A program made the translations under genes and the position numbers. A model generated the notes under the pieces. That model did no database searches, was not told the DNA's origin, and worked only from the letters and a program-made list of their open reading frames with translations. From assembly GCA_032718475.1 (NCBI GenBank), contig JAUCBJ010007816.1, positions 1 to 64,000 of the forward strand: a stretch of DNA of 64,000 bases, in the 5' to 3' direction. Origin of the DNA: Nemertoderma westbladi. Its lineage: Eukaryota > Animalia > Xenacoelomorpha. Of the stretch, positions 14,630 to 28,100 are shown piece by piece. Numbering within the stretch: the first letter of the stretch is position 1; each line of letters starts with the position of its first letter.

Positions 14630-15420
14630 TAATTTGACAAATTTTGGTGCTAGCACCAAATTTCGTACCCATCACCAAAAAGTAAAAGTTTGCGATGTCA
14701 GTGCTGTTTTTATTGATTCCATCGGATTCAGGACCCTCATAAACCCGTATAACGCAAGAAACAAGGTGATACTATCTACTTATCAATTTGCATATTTTCC
14801 AAAATTTGGTGCTGGCACAACAATTTTCACCCACCGGCGAAAAATACAAGTTTGAGAACTTTTATGAAATTTTTACTGATTCCATTGATTTCAGAACCAT
14901 CACAAACCCGTATAACGCAAGAAACAAGGTGACACAATCAATTGATATATTTGATGGTTTCAAAATTTGGTGCTAGCACCAATTTTGCACCCACATCCGA
15001 AAAATACAAGTTTGAGATGTCTAGTTCGATAATTATATTTTCCATTGAATTCAGAACAGCCATAAACCTCTAAAACGCAAGAAATAAATTGTCACAAGCA
15101 ATTTTATCTATTGAATGGATTTTCAAATTTCGTGCTAGCACCAAAATTTGCACACAGCACCGAAAAATGCAAGTTTGGTGCAACTCGTATATATTTCATC
15201 GAATCCAGAACCTCCAAAAAAACCCCAATTGCGTAAAAAACAAGTTTCAAACAATCAATTTACAAATTTGATTTATTTCAAAATTTGGTGCTGGCACTAA
15301 AATTTGGCACCCATCGAACAAAACAAGTTTGAAATTTCTAAATCAATTTATATGAATTCCATCCAATTTCTAACACCAAAAAACCGGTGTAAATCAAAAG
15401 TAGAGAAGTTACAATTCATA
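14630..15420. repeat. About five degenerate ~160-bp units, each with an AAATTTGGTGCTAGCACCAAATTT-like palindrome
   Basis: Palindrome variants near 14640, 14801, 14962, 15125 and 15280. Confidence 0.8.
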
Positions 15421-15436
15421 TTTAATGAAATGTAAT

Positions 15437-17254
15437 TGAAGCGAAGAGACGTACCTGATATCCTGCAATATCCTACTGTAAAGTTTGTGAATCAAAACAT
15501 AATCCGACCTTCTCACCAAAACAGTAAACTCTAAGTAAGCGAATCTATTGCAGTATCGGTCTCTTATAACCGGTGAGGCAGAAGACAGTCTACGAACGGA
15601 CAAACTTCGATAAAACAAAATCCCGCGCAGCGAATCCTAAAATCGGGCTGACTCACTGACGGACTAAGGGCGCTCGTATACTTTGCCGCGGTGTGATTTA
15701 TATGTGGGTGAGAGATAGAGGCGCTAGCTAGATGTCTAACTAGCGGGCAAAGTGCAGTACGGACAAAATTTTTTTATATATTTTGAGGTGTAAATAATTC
15801 CTAACGCGCGTGTGTCTTGATTCTAACAGTCAAAATCAGTTTTAGATCCTTCATATATATAATTACTAGGTCCGGTGTGCATTTTACAAATATTCTAATT
15901 TTATAGCTTGTAGGTCCAATACTCACGAATGATAAGGCTCCTTCCCCTTTTGTGTATTTCCAGGACTCAAATTCAGGCATAAGGTTAATACTACGCCCGG
16001 AATTCGGCAATTTAATTTTCCAGGTCCCTAATACTAAGAAGAAATGTGTTAGTTTACTACAGTAGGCATACAGTTACAAAATAGCTAGCCTGGCGTTCTA
16101 TCTAGAATTTTGGTTGCCTAGGTGGGCACGGCAACTCCCTATCAGAATGTCGGCGGGGACACGGTAGATGTTAGTATCCCTAATAGCCTCAATTTATATG
16201 CGCCTAGCAGTAAACTGCCCTACCGTCTGAACGGTACAATCCCAATTCAGGTAAAAACACAGTAACCCTTCCTGGCCTACAAGTTCTAATGCAAATGGAC
16301 ACCGTTGTACTACAAACAGCCACCGACGCACCTATACCTGGCAAATGAGTTAGGCGTACAGCTTGCTGCACCCTACTAATGTGTATGCCTTGTACTGGTG
16401 TGCCTGTGTCCTATCTGTGTACTAGTATCTCTCTGCCTGATCTCTTCCTCCCCCATAGGAATATGAAGGTCTAATGCGGGTTTTTCTGAATTGAGACAGT
16501 ACAGTCCCTAAATGTAATTTTAGCGCACAGCGTGTCAGTACCTCTACCTTCGATCTTAGGTCTTTCGCTTAGGTAGCAAGGCATCGAACGCTGTCTAACC
16601 TTTCAGGCGATGGGCGAATACCGATGTTCCCGTCTATTGCCGCTATCCGATGTCTAGCCTGCCATCTGTCTCTCAGTTGTGTTCACCGTGGTGAAACATA
16701 GTAAAAGCAGATGTAACAAATACTTTCTAACTTTATTACAAACAAATGATAACTAATATACAATAAATGTAACAAGAAGATTAAGTAAGATAGAATAAGA
16801 AGAAGATAACTAATGAACAAAATCGCACCTTTTATAGCAAATTTGTGCTGCTAACAATCTAGATAAATCTCGATTGTTCTATGAGTTCTACTAGGTTTTT
16901 AAAGATAATCATTGGTCCAGCAAACACGTATCTTGCACGACATTGGTTGCTATCTAATAACTGCAATCGCATTGGTTAATCTACCTTAAGCAGATACAAT
17001 TAATTTGTAGCGGTTAATTCAAATGAGTTGAAACTTAGCACAAAAAATAATTCACACTTGCTAGGATTCGAACTCGATACCTACTACACGAATTTCTAAC
17101 GCTTAACTGACTGAGCTACTGAACCACTTGAATAATCGTTGTACAAATAGATATAGTAAATACAAATGAGGACTTAATGTAATCTTTATAGCAAATTAAT
17201 TCGAACAAAATAAAATTTTGAAAATCCACGGCTTTATGAGGATATAATTCTATA
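15437..17254 (-). repeat. 3' LTR of B (1818 bp, TA...CA)
   Basis: Matches 30714-31134 + 45422-46684 + 48839-49033. Confidence 0.92.
17053..17125 (-). promoter_or_regulatory. tRNA-like Pol III A/B-box cassette inside the B LTR
   Basis: TAGCTCAGTCAGTTAAGCG (TAGCTCAGTTGGTTAAGCG in the other LTR) and GAGTTCGAATCC, followed by a T6 run. Confidence 0.6.
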
Positions 17255-17959
17255 CCGCTCCATGAAAACAGGATATTATCGTGCATAAAATATACGGTTT
17301 TCACCAATACTAAATCAAATTATGGAGTACTTGGGGCGTACTTACATATTTACAAATTAAATCTCAACAATAATACCTTTACATAATAATTCAATACAAA
17401 TAATTACAAATTCAAACTTTACGTATTTAAGGCTTTATTAAGTAAGTACAATATAAATCTAAATTAAATTCACCAATATAAATCTATTGCATCTCAAATA
17501 TTGCATAAATTCAAACAATCACAAATACAAATGCTACCTTTATATAAAATAAATTGCATAAGTTCGGAATAATTTCAAATGAAATCACAAGGAAGGCTCA
17601 CAAGTCTTCCGTCTGCTCTTGCCTTTTATTTACTGCGAATACAAATACTGCTTCTTTATAAAATATAAATTGCATAATATCCGAAACAATAAATTGCGTA
17701 AGTTTGGAATGACTACAAATATAACACTTTCTAAATATAAATCTTTCTAAATTATAAATCTTTCAGAATATAAATCTTTCAAATATAAATTGCATAAGTT
17801 TGGAACAATACAAACTCGCATAAATTGAAACAATATAAACTTGCATAAGTTGAATAATCACAAATATAAATATACGCTTTCAAAATATAAATTCTTTCAG
17901 AATATAACGCTTTCTAAATACAAAACTTCTAAATACAAAATATATAAATCAAATAAATC

Positions 17960-19516
17960 ACAAGAAAGGCTCACGTGTCTTCCATCCACCCTTGCCTTCC
18001 AGTTTAGCGTTTTGTAGATTGAGCACGCCCGCGTCCTCGAAAACTGCGTATAGGCGACTTGGCTCGTACTGCAGGGCTTATGGGGCGAGTCACTGGTTTA
18101 CCTTGGACGTTGGGAGACGGTGCGACCATTTCCTCACAAGCTCGCCTTCTAGTAATTCCAAATCCTCATCCAACTCCTCGTGACCGATTAGTTGTATCCA
18201 TCGTTGGCAAAACGTCTGGGAACGCGCGGGAAGCGGACGACGCAGACCCAAGAGAAACTTGTGCCCCCCTTTGATCAACTGGTATGTGTCCTAGTCCTCC
18301 TTGCGGTTCTCTGGGAAGTGATACCGTATCTCGAGTAACTCGAATAGTCGGTTCATATCCCCTTCGTTCTTCAACATTTATAGTTTTCTTTAGTTGTTGG
18401 CTCACTTTCTGAACCCTTATAATCCTATTCTGTCCGTCCTCCCGAGGGTGACGTGCAGACGGCGCAACCGGAGTAGCTGGTATGTTGGTCGCCTCTAGGA
18501 TCTCCTCTTCCTTGAATACGCTCGCTCGTATACGTTTGTGATAGAAGGCGGCTCGGTACGCCCATGCGATGGTTAACCAAGATCCCTTATATCGCTTTTC
18601 CGTTCGGAAACGATCAAATTCACCATATGTGATACGATTAAACATTTTGGGCAAAGTTTATACTTTCGAAAATTTCCGGTGTCATCTCCTTAGCTGAAGT
18701 TTGATCGTGTGACGTCCAATGGTAAGGTAGGCTCGCGAGTCTTCCGCCCCATTCTTCCATCTCACCTTTCACGAAAGCCTTATAGGCTCTGTATAGGCTA
18801 AGAGCTTCTTTCTTTTCGCGGGTTGACTGAGTCACCTCTTCCAGCGTAAGTTCAAATGCATCGGGTTCAACAATCTTAGGTGGGCAAACGACAATTTCTC
18901 CCGCCTTTGGTCCACACATAGCAAATGAATGATACGGATTCGATAAAGGATACCCTCCTTCCTGGTAGCGTAGTTGTTGATGGTTCGAACACCTTGCCAA
19001 TATCGGTTCGGGATTTTCCTTATTCAAACGCATCGGAATCGCCTTTTGTTGTTCGCGCATACAAGCACCACATTGATAATAAAGTTTGTAAACTGAAAAG
19101 GCTTCCTTCGTTTCTCTATCATCTCCTCGAGTTCGTCTGTAAAGATGCATTCCATCGAATTCATCACGTACCGCAGGCATAGGTTCATGTGCCTTCAGGT
19201 ATTGCATGGTATGATACAAACGACTAATTTCGGTATTGGGGTCTTCACTGATATCTCCCGTATCACATAAAGCATCGTACGGATAAAGTTCATTGAAGGT
19301 TTTGCGCAAACTTTCGATTCTTTGGTTTAGAGCGTTCTGCCTCCTCTTTAACACCGTCGAGTCATATTTAGTTTTAGCAAGTTTTGCTGTACTTTCTGAT
19401 AAATCCTTTATTCCGAATATGGTATAATCCTTTGCACCAAATCTTTCGAATGGCGCTGCTGCTTCCTCTTGGATATCATATCCCCATCTCGGCTCTCCAT
19501 GTATCCCTTTCGCCAT
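17960..19516 (-). pseudogene. Extra ORF (ORF3) of element B, unknown protein, frameshifted
   Basis: ORFs 18638-19624 (ATG at 19516), 18166-18654 and 18090-18278 overlap end to end between integrase and the 3' LTR; CGAC...CSNH motif; no hydrophobic transmembrane stretch. Confidence 0.65.
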
Positions 19517-20180
19517 TATTGGAAGTATGGTTACATAATCATTACTACTAGAGGGAATACAACAGAGTTTATTGTTAGTAATGAGGAGATGTGAGAGTTT
19601 TCGTCTGCCCTTTTGGCTCGACAACGCTCTAACCTCCTACCCATAGCCTAAGATCTAGGGTTTCTTTAATGACACGCTGTTTCTTATCTAAAATTTTTGC
19701 CGAAATAAAAACGAATTTGGGCTAAACTGGCTGTGAATCTAAAATTCTCACTTTTTGATCCCAAACTATTATCAGAAAATAAGCAATCGAGAGTTAGTAA
19801 TAAATATAGGGAAGTCTATTTGTTGACGTAACTTTTGAAACAAGACCGTGTAAAATTTAATTAAAATTTAAGAAAGGCTCGCGAGTCTTCCATTCTCTTG
19901 TTTCTCTAATTTTAAGTCCCACCCGACTGTACCCTGAAATCTATTCACTGGAGAAAATTTTTTTAAAAATTTTTCAAATCCAAATGGATTGTCTAAAATT
20001 TCGAAAATGTCTCAATATTGTGAGTTCCAAGTAGAATTCCATTTCTTATACCTACAAATCCCGCTCCTATGTGACACATAAGGGTACTACCCTCAATGTT
20101 CACATATAAAGACAATGGAATTCTACCGCTGTCTTTACTACAGTGTACAGGTACGTGGAAATCTATTTGTAAACTCCTTA

Positions 20181-23100
20181 CTATTTACTAACATTAGTTG
20201 GAGACTTGTAATCTCCAGACTCGTTTCGAGTCTCTTCAAGAAGTACGAGACGTTGAGTCGGTCTGTCTACTGTACGACCGTCAATTGTCCGTACCGTCAC
20301 AGTTCTTGTCACTCCATCCATAGATGGATGTGTGTCTAAAATAACACCTGTTATCCAGAAGCGTCTTTTTAAATTCACTTCTGCCAACAGCACGTGATCT
20401 CCTGGCTTTAAAGCGCGAGTATTGTTGTACCAAGTAGTTCTGGCAGAAATAGAGGGCAAATAATGATTTTGCCATATTTCCCAGAATTGTTAGCCAGTAG
20501 TTGCGTGATTTTCCACGCTTTTCTACCATAGCTATCGCTTTCTATTGGAATAGAAATAGGCATTAATGAAGTCGGATTAGCAGGTGTGCCGGTGTTAAAG
20601 CAAACTGGGATTGTTTGTCATCGGGTACTAATACTATTGGTCTAGTATTTAGTATTGCCTCGATTTCAACAAACAATGTGGTCAGTTTGTCGTCTGTCAA
20701 GATGTGGTTTACTGGAATTACTTTTGCCATGCATGGCTGTTTTTATAGATCTAATCAATCTCTCCCAGACTCCGCCTCTCCATGGACTATCTGGAGGATT
20801 AAACTTCCAAACAATCTTGTAAGGACGTAGTTCATTTGAGATTTGATCATGATCTAATTTCTTAAAGGCTCTAGCAATTTCATTTCGAGCACCAACAAAG
20901 TTTGTACCTTGGTCTGAGTACAAGCATTTTACTAGTCCGCGTCTAGCGATAAATCGCCGCAATGCTAGTATAAAAAAAGCGTTGGTGGAAAGATCCATCA
21001 CTCGTTCAATATGAACTGCCCTACTGGACATGCATGTGAAAATCAGTCCCCAGCGTTTTACTAGTATACGTCCACGTTTCGTATGTATGGGACCAAAGCA
21101 GTCAATTCCAGTCTCTGTGAAAGGTGGTCTGAATGCCTGTAGTCGTGCTTGTGGAAGTTCACTCATTTCTTGGGTACTTATTCTAGAATGTACCTTTTTA
21201 CAAATAATACACATGCGCGTCACCGAACTTAGCGCTTTACTGGGTCTAATTAATACAAATCTTGTACGTAAGTAGGAAAGACAGTGGTGTCTTCCAGCGT
21301 GTTTCAGATGTAAATGTGCGTCCAGTATCATTGCACATTGTAATTCGTGATGTTGCGGTATTATTATTGTGTACCTAAAATCAGTATTAAAGTCGATGTT
21401 TTGAAGCCGAGATTTATGACAAATTAAGCCATTATAAATTATCGGACTCCAACTCAATATTGGTGACGACTTGATTGGTTGACCTTGACTTATGGATGTG
21501 AATTCGTGTGCGAAATATCGCAATTGGTAATGGCGAATTAATTTAATTTCACATCTGTCAATCTCAGTCAATGTTAGTCGACGTGTAAAGTCGCGTTTGC
21601 CTTTAACGTATTGTACAAAACATATAATCCACGCTAATTTTCGGCACGCGTTTGTCCAAGAATCTGTCAGATTTACAATACGGTCGACGTAAGTATTTAT
21701 GACGTCATCAGGTAAGTCAATGATGAATTTTGAAGGTTTTGTTTTACTAGATGGGCCCACGGGTCCGCCGGTAAGTATTCCCTTGTTGACTGTTGATCCG
21801 TCCGGGTCTACGAGTAATTTGTCCTTCTTCGTCTTCTTACCTTGATTATCAGTACTTTGTGAGTCGATTCCTAATGGTGGTTTTAACTCTATGGGGTCAC
21901 TGGGTTTCGGTAAATTTATTTTTCTGCCGATATTTATCCCAGGTCTCACCGTAGGTTGTAAGGTTGGTATGTCTCCTGAGCGTAAAGTAACACCTGTATT
22001 TACATTTGCGTAGGTACTACCCACATCTGTAATACATGAGGTTTCACTGTACTTATGGTTACTCAAGAGTGTCAAATTTGGTATTTTGTCAATAGAAGGC
22101 CGCTCCAATAGGGAAACTGCGGCTTTACTATGTGTCACTACATTACTAATGTCTGGTAGAACATCTTGTGAAATGTCTGGTAAAATGTTTCGCGGAACAT
22201 CTGGCGAAACATCTAGTGACATGTCTGGCAAAATGTCTGGTTGAGCGTCTGGTAACGTGTCTGGTTTATCGTCTGGTAACATGTCTGGTTGACCGTCTGG
22301 CGATACGTCTGGTTGAGAAAGGCTCGCAAGTCTTCCTGTCTTAACTTTGTAAGTTATGTTTTTCCATTTCGCCTTTGGTTTCTTCTTAAGTTTCGCCGTT
22401 GTCTTTTTCTTTGCTTTACCTTTCTTTGGTTTTTTAATTTCGGCGTCCTTAGGAATAGTGTTAGACTTGTTATCGTATAGTGGCGGCCAATGTTGCGTTG
22501 CTCTTTGTAAGAATTGTGGTCCGTGTTGCCAAAATTCCTTGTTTTCCGGTTTACAGAATTCCTCGGGCATCATTCCTCGCGACGCAATATCAGCTGGGTT
22601 TTGTGGTCCGGGACAATGTCGCCAATCTTCTTTTATTGAACGGTCTAGAATTTCTGCACGACGGTTGGCTACAAATGTCTTAAATTCAAGTGTGTCGTTG
22701 TTTATATAAAATAAAACTAACGTCGCGTCAGTCCAATAAAATATCTGTAAACTTGACTGTAGTTCAGTCTGTATAAGGTTTACAATTGTCGTTGACAGAG
22801 TTGCGGCTTGTAGCTCAGCGCGTGGTGTCGTCATGTACTTAGTAGGCTTGGAAGTAATGAGCGAAACATCAAACTCATCTGAGTCTACTTGTCTGCGCAA
22901 ATACGCTGTCACTCCAAAGCCGTTGTCACTGGCGTCGGAAAAACAATGTAATTCTAAGTTGTCAGGAAATGTCGTCTGTAATGGAAAATATACCCGGGGT
23001 ATGGAATAATCTTCTAGTGAAGACAATTGCGATTCCCAAGTTTTCCATAAGTCTACTTGTTCGAATGAGATCGGTTCGTCCCATGTCAGTCCATCTTTCC

Positions 23101-23920
23101 AAATACTGCGCATGTATATTCTTGCTTGCAGTATTATTGGGCTGATAAAACCTAATGGATCGAACAGTCTACTTAGTTTTGACAAGCAAGACCTCTTTGT
23201 CAGAGAATCTCCTTGAGCGTCCAGTCTTACCTTCACTCGAAAGTTGTCTGTGTTCGGATCCCAAAATAGTCCCAACACCTTGGTCGTTGGTAGTGGTTCG
23301 AATTCCAAGTCAATGTCACCACCCCCATGTTCAGTCGTTTCGAATGAATTTACTAATTCGGTACTGTTCGAAGCAAACTTGGTGAGGTTAAAACCTCCGC
23401 CTGCCAAACAGTCCCGTAATTGATGTGCTACTGTTATAGCACGTTCTACTGTGTCGCAACTTTGTAATCCATCGTCAACGTAAAAGTGTCGTTCTACTAC
23501 TTGGATTACCTCTGGGTCATACTTATGTTTCCAATCCCTAGCGGTCTGCTTTAGGGCGTACATAGTGCAATTTGGGCTGTCTCTGGCACCGAATACGCGA
23601 ACTTGCATTTGGTAAGTCGCCGGTGGTTGACTTAAGTCCCCATCCGGGTACCAGAGGAACCTCAAACTGTCTCTGTCTCGCTCTAACGCTCGCACCTGGT
23701 GAAACATGGCTTCGACGTCGCAAGTAAATGCTACTTGGCGTTGACGGAAGCGCATAATCACCCCCATGAGATAATTATTCATGTTTGGTCCATCCATCAA
23801 CTCCGTATTGAGAGACATTCCCTCAAACAGAGCCACGCAGTCGTTTACTACACGTACCTTGTCTGGTTTGTCGGGGTGTCTCACGTAGTGATGTGGCAAA
23901 TAGTATGTCTGGTCTGTCAC
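20181..23920 (-). pseudogene. pol: B pol: RT, RNase H, integrase and C-terminal DUF5641-like tail
   Basis: YYLPHH, FYVDD, HCFSDAS, FYWTDA, H...H...CIIC, TGIDCFGP, YSDQGTNF, GGVWERL; frameshifts near 20690; tail LKPGDHVLL...RPTQRLVLL. Confidence 0.92.
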
Positions 23921-25113
23921 ACGCTTTCGTCCTTCTGGGCTCCTCCCCGAGGCGCACCCACAAGGCGGACGTGTTTCCACCACCCTGGGGGCCGGTGACA
24001 AACCAAACCAGGCCGCAGGGTGGCCCGATGCTTCCCGGGTTCTGTTTTCGGTCCCCCGATCACACCAGCACAGCTCGTCGAACGTGTAGCCAGATGGGCG
24101 GCTACTGTCAACTTACTGTGGCCTGACTGTACATTGAGCCAACTCAAAGTATAACAAAGAGTCAACCCGCAGGTGGACCAGTCGATAGCGATCGAGCACC
24201 AAGGTCGCCCTTGGGCCTAACCGACGGTCTTGTCCCAAGCGGGCTTGCGCTACCCAACATGGAATTTTGACTCGTTTTCACCTGCCTCACCGGCAGTATT
24301 GAGGGGAAATAAGTTCCGCAAACAATACTGACTAGCTCGAAAGCTAGAAACAAGTAACCACTTACCAGTCACTGTACACGTGTACTCAACAGATGTTCAC
24401 GAAATCAAGTACACAAACGGTAAGCACAAAATCGAACACATACCATGCACACACAGAAGACATAATCGGGAAAGACAAAATCGGTGTCAAAATCGAGAAA
24501 GACAAAATCGGAGGGGACAAAATTGTATCAACTCATAAAGAGTCGAGAGTACCTTATTTTGCTGTCAGGGCAAAATAACTTTGTGTGCACAAAGTATGCT
24601 GGGGCGCAGTAAAGTATGGTCCTACTAATACCAGCGGCGTCTGGACCAACTGGCAAGGGTTCCCATACTCACTCGCAGTGGCCACACATACAATCACGTG
24701 TACTCACGTACCCACAGCAACAGAAAACTCAAGACCCGAACAAATCCCAAAGACCAATCAGCTGACATGGAGACAATAACATATAGTATCAAAAAAACGG
24801 AACAGCTGATGGCCAAAGGAACCCATCCAAGCCCCAAGCAAACTGCCACTGATCGCCCACATACAAAACATAGTTCACGCCACATGAGCCACAAATCACG
24901 CCATTGCACCACCCCTACTGTGTACAGGACTGGCAGTACGGCAACAGGCCGACTAGACGGTACCACGGCACCATGGCAATTCATGGTTCGTTAGACACGA
25001 GGGCCTTCAGTGACTCCCTATCACTATATTACCAGATTTAATGTGCCCCCAGACCCTCACGAGTCCGCCGCCGCCTGTTAGAGACACCCCTATAGAGACC
25101 TCACCTCTTTCGG
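23921..25113. mobile_element. Unclassified 1193-bp insertion in the B RT
   Basis: Removing it joins ...TNPEI|VTDQTYY, collinear with A (...EDPDL|VTDQTYY); no TSD, TIR or credible ORF. Confidence 0.75.
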
Positions 25114-28100
25114 TATCTCTGGGTTTGTCATTCTGATAGCGTACCCCTTCGTCAAATACGTTTCCATCTGTGTATTATACTGCAGATGGGCTTTCTCATC
25201 CTTTAGTAAACGTTGTCTTATTGAGTTTAAACGTCTTAAGGCTAGCGGATAATTATTTATAAGTTTAGGACGTTGGTTACGCCATAGCATCCCTTCCTCA
25301 TAATGTCCGTCTTTCATCTGATGGATAGTATCTTCCATGATCTTTAAGGATTGTTTTTCTTGTTCCGACATACATGGTTCGTAACTACCAGGTTCGGCTG
25401 TGTCTTGTTCCAACCACTTGATAGTTTTCTCTGTTAATTCTTTGTCCAGTGCAGCTTGTTCCACTTGACAATTCCTTAATGTGTCGACATCGACAGGTGT
25501 TGATAAGGTTATTGGTTGAGGTAGACTCGCAAGCCTTCCGGCGTTATCATCTATCGTTGATGGATCATCTGCCTGATGCGTCTCCTTCTCAATCTCTGAA
25601 CTTACCTTTTTGTAAAGTGGTTTCTGCTCCCTTTGACTTGTTGTACTTGCCACACATTTCGTACTTGTCACTTTGTTGTGTTTTGTCGAATTTCGGTGTG
25701 TAGTATAGTCAATGTCGTTTGAAAGAGAATGAGTCAAAGTTGTAGTTAATAAACTACATGTACTTTGCACATCATCTTCCTCATCACTTATATCTAGTGT
25801 GCGCACAGGCGCTCGAGTATACCATCCTATCGGCGATCTGCAGGCGTATGCATTTCCTGCTACGACTACCGATGGTCTGGTTTCCCACACTTGATGTAAG
25901 TTGAATTGGTCTGTCCCGATCAGCATTGTTACTGACCTATAATTAACAGGACATTCAGGTACACCAAGGTGTCTAAAATACTTACGGTCCTCCAAGGATT
26001 GTTCTGGCACTGGACCCAGTAGGTTACTAAAGTCCTTTGTGGCTGCAAAGGTTAAATCCTTAAAGGGTAACAAAGACCTCTCCTTTTCGCTATGTTGCGA
26101 TTTCGGAAGAAGAGTCTCTAAGTTCAACTTAACTCTTGTCACTGGTATTGCACGTTGTCCATGCATACTACTTACGGTATAACTGACGTGCTTACCTTGT
26201 TGAAGGTCTGTGACGACGTCAGCTACCTTCTTGTCCACATAGCTGTGAGATGAGGCTGAATCCAAGATAGCGTAGATCCGTTTGCTCCCTTTTGTGCCTG
26301 TAATCTTAACAGGAATTACGCTAAATCCCTTTAGTTGATCAGGCGTCAGAAGCGCAATCGATGGTTGTTCGTCCCCAGTGTTGAAATATGCGTCGTCGTC
26401 TTCCGACTCTTCATCCGACGACCCGGATTGTTCTGGGAAACAATCCCGTATATGCGTCACGAAAGTTGGTGTTGTTCTCGATTCTCGATTCTTGTATGCA
26501 GTATTGCATTTCGCTGCTGCTTCTGGGTGTTCCCTAGTGAAGCGTTTTGTCGGCGTATGACTATCCGTGTGGAGCAAACCGTCATGGTTGCGTCCACAGG
26601 AAGGACAGGTGTCTGTATTTGGGCAATCCTTGCGAACATGTCCGTGTTGCGTACACTGCCAACAAGAATCAAATGGCCGTATCTGTAGCCGTCGTTCTTC
26701 CGAGTTTAACTCACGAAATAGCCGACAACCTCTTAACTTGTGACTAGTATGCCGCTTACCTAACTGCTCGCAGTATTGGCAACCGCTAAAGTCGGCACTC
26801 AGTTGCTGCCTGGTCTGTTTGATCCCAATAGGTGCAGACACTTTACTACCGTCGGAAAATTGTCGGGTTTCTGTCGGTGTGGCGTAGGTGGCCGTCCTTG
26901 TGGATGGCGTCGGTGGTTTTTGTCGGTTGGATGATGGTAAGGTGATTCCTTCTGCTACAATGTGTTGGTCTGTGTAGTTAGAACGAGTCTCCACCACTGC
27001 TTCCCTAGATATTAAAAGGTACACATCCTCCAATTTCAAAAATCCACCCCTTTCTTCTCGCTGATATTCGATCTTCCTCCACTCCCTACGAAGTCGATGG
27101 TGTAATCTCCCTATTATTTTTAATAGGACTGTAGGAGTGTTTCCGTAATCAAGTTGTCCAATTGATCGTAATGTCGTTCTTGATTTCATCAGCTAATTTC
27201 AGTAAGTCGACGGGTTTCGTAATAGCCCCCCCTTTGCAGAGTTCCTCTATTACTGACTTGGCCATACTTACCGTACCTCCATAAATGGAAGTTAAGCGAT
27301 CGTATGCTAATTCGAAGGCGTCTGGTACACCGACAAAAGTCTCTGCTAAACGTTTTGGTTCTCCCGTCAGCGTTTGAAGCAGGTAGTTAAACTTTTCCCT
27401 CGATGTAAAAGCGCATGCCGCAATTTGAGATTCGATGTAATCCACGAAGGTATGCCAATGTTTTGAGTTTCCGGAGAACTTTGGTGGTTGCTGCGCCGGT
27501 AATCCTTGTCTGGCTGCGAATTTAGCTATCTCTTCTGCAACATTCAAAGTTTCGCGTCCCTGGGTAGCAATAGAGTTCGTTTTTCCCTGTCCAGGACATC
27601 TTTTCTTATACTCTACATTCCCTGAAAGTATATCCTTTTGCGGATGCTTCGGGTGTCTAGTATGTTCGAATTCCGTGTTTCTCGAACTATCAGTTTGAAC
27701 TTCCTCTAAGCGTTCCTCGATCTGGGCCAACTTGTTAACAACTGGTCGCATTATGTCGGCTAATTGTTGCGTACTAATTGCGTCCGTTGGTTGTAACGCT
27801 TTCTGTGTTGGTGTATTTTGTGGAGGATTATCTATAAAGGAATTAGTTGAACGCTCGCGTTTGCATTCATCGGCCGCTCCTGTTCTAAACACCTCGCATT
27901 CCGGGTAATCCGATTCGCTCGAAGTACTACTATCACCTGGATACGGTGGCCGACGTGCTCGCGTCCGTTGGGTTGTCCGAATTCTAACATTCCGTTTAGA
28001 AACATCGTCTACTGGTTTCCGTTGTTCGGTAGGCTCGCAAGTCTCCCTCGAAGTCGTAGATTGCGATGTAAACTGGTAAAACGGTCGCGTGTCTACTGGT

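Noticed and set aside
17053-17125. Functional tRNA gene
   Set aside because: Acceptor and T stems do not pair convincingly; only the promoter boxes are retained.
18638-19624. env gene
   Set aside because: No signal peptide or transmembrane anchor visible.
24328-24351. Hammerhead ribozyme (CTGA...GAAA around a hairpin)
   Set aside because: Lacks the CUGANGA core (G8 and A9).
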